A stretch of 63,720 nt of DNA, filler included, from Olpidium bornovanus S191 (taxonomy: Eukaryota > Fungi > Olpidiomycota): the NCBI GenBank assembly GCA_017911155.1. It is 31 parts of 31 records of this genome, joined end to end, with 100 filler letters (N's around TTAATTAATTAA, not from the genome) between each part and the next. Parts side by side here need not be neighbours in the genome. Positions count along the whole stretch, not along the records: positions 56,782 to 63,720 come from JAEFCI010008120.1; 30 more parts are not named here. One strand, written 5' to 3'. A model generated the notes under the pieces. It was not told the origin of the DNA. It made no database searches and worked only from the letters and a program-made list of their open reading frames with translations. Shown here one piece after another: positions 62,176 to 63,720 of the stretch; the stretch's first letter is position 1, and the number at the start of each line of letters is the position of its first letter. The position numbers and the translations under genes are program-made.

Positions 62176-63501
62176 TGTTAGATTCCTTGTCCTCTTCTCT
62201 TTTCTCTTAGTTCTATTACCTTTAATCGGAACCCCTGAATGTTCCTGTACTACTACTTCTCTCTTGACGCGTTCGAAATACAACGCCCCACCGCGGCGGA
62301 ACCAATACTTCCAACAGGTTATGAGCCCAAGCCGGACCTGACGGCGAAGCCCGCAGCGCAGCTCCCGCCGCCCCTCTCCGCCTCCCTCGCTCCGGCGATC
62401 CGGAGAGCTGCCGTCGCCGCCATCGCCAGCCGCTGCGCTTTGCCGCCGCCCTCCATCCGCCGCTCTCCTAAGCAGCCCCCTCGACGCTTCTCGCCTCTCC
62501 GGCACGGTCGCTGCCATCGCTGCTGAGCCAAATAGGGACTCTGACCGCGTCGTCGACCTCGGAGACCCGTCTCCCCTTCTCGACGACGCTCAGCGCCACT
62601 CCCGCGGCGCCGCTCTTCACTTTTCGCCGCCGTCGCCGACCGCCGCCGCCGTCACCGACCGCCGCTGCCGTCGCCGACTCCCGCCGCCGTCACCGACCGC
62701 CGCTGCCGTCGCCGACTCCCGCCGCCGTCGCTTCGCCGCCGCCGTCGCCGACCGCCGCCGCCGCATCATCGCCGCCGCCGCATCATCGCCGCCGCCGCCG
62801 TCGCCAAACCCCGCAGCGCCGCTCTTCTCCGCTCTCTCGCTTTCTGCGAACCGGAGAACCGCCGCAGCGCCGCTCGCCGCTGCTGCGCCGACCCCGCCAT
62901 CACCGCGGCTGCGCTTCGCCGCCGCCGCCCTCCGCACCGCCGCTGCGCTCGCCGCTGCGCTCGCCGCTGCGCTCGCCGCTGCTCTCTCTTCGCTGCCACA
63001 GCCGCCGTTTGCTCTCTCCGCCTCTCTCGCCTTCTCGGCGATCCGGAGATTCGGCCGTTGCCGCCGCCGCCGCCCCGAGCTCGCTCGCTAGCGCCGCAAC
63101 AGCCGCTCTCTACACAATAAAGCGGAACTTGCAGCTCGCAGAACCAACATCGCCGCCGCCAGCCGCCGCACCAGGAGCTGCATAGGAGCCATGCCTTTCG
63201 ATGAAGATGCCCATCCCCCGACAAAGGCTAAGCCCAATCGGGGCGCAATCTTCTCGAACTCATCACGCCTAGGAATGGACCTTCCAGACTTGACGGAAAA
63301 GGATACGGACATGGCAGCACTTCGTGCAGAAATGAAAGATTTGCGTCTGATTATCCTGAAGCAACAGGAAGAAATAAACGCTGCACGAACAAACCGCTTA
63401 AACGTTCCTTCTGTCTCTCTTTCAGCTACTCAAGATTCGACTTCTCTTCACCAGGCAGAACTGCTGAGAGCTATGTTACATGGGTTACCCAAGTACGACG
63501 G
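62176..63501 (+). mobile_element. Short-LTR retroelement: LTR 62176-62316 (TG...CA), PBS 62317-62328, GCC-rich leader, gag-like ORF from 63191
   Basis: TGTTAGATTCC...TTCCAACA is immediately followed by GGTTATGAGCCCAA. The ORF MPFDEDAHP...LLRAMLHGLPKYDG is cut off at 63501. Confidence 0.8.
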
Positions 63502-63720
63502 TGTCGGGCAATTTCTTGCCCTGGGGCCCGGGACGCTCGCACGGAGCCCTTTTGTTCCCCCCCCCCCTCTCTCGTTGAAAAACCCTCCCCCTGACCGGAT
63601 GTAAACAAACCCCCAAAAAGAAAGAAAATAATTTGTTCACTCGCTCATACCTAATAAACGAAGAACCCTTCGAAGCGGAACGACGCGGAGACGGACGCCG
63701 TGCGACCGTGACCCTCTACG
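63502..63720 (+). mobile_element. LTR family B copy inserted into the gag-like ORF
   Basis: Starts TGTCGGGCAATTTCTTGCCCTGG exactly after the codons for LPKYDG; homologous to 55514-55720. Confidence 0.75.

Overview
This is a fragment of a GC-rich, intron-containing eukaryotic draft assembly. It consists of 31 short contigs joined by 30 artificial spacers (N-run, TTAATTAATTAA, N-run), so most genes are partial and adjacency across gaps is unverified. Gene content is fungal. The combination of homopolymer-laden introns and an RSU1-like gene suggests an early-diverging, possibly zoosporic fungus (inference). Recognisable genes after manual splicing: DHX16/Prp2, RIB1, GID4/VID24, a YGL242C-like ankyrin protein, LRO1, a divergent P-loop NTPase, an HMG-box protein, ubiquitin, a degenerate AAA+-like protein, CSR1/SEC14-like, TFIIIC-delta, RDS2/AcuM, RPS10, MOCS2B, ARE, an RSU1-like LRR protein, PGS1, RPN12 and SRP101, plus an RPS6 pseudogene fragment. 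The most notable unannotated signal is a family of short-LTR (about 130-140 bp) retroelements. It is marked four times by the primer-binding motif GGTTA(T/C)GAGCCCAA, which matches the anticodon arm of initiator tRNA-Met (half-tRNA priming). One copy is part of a three-layer retroelement nest at the window end, and another interrupts a Gypsy integrase. All exon boundaries and similarities were read by eye; no searches were run.
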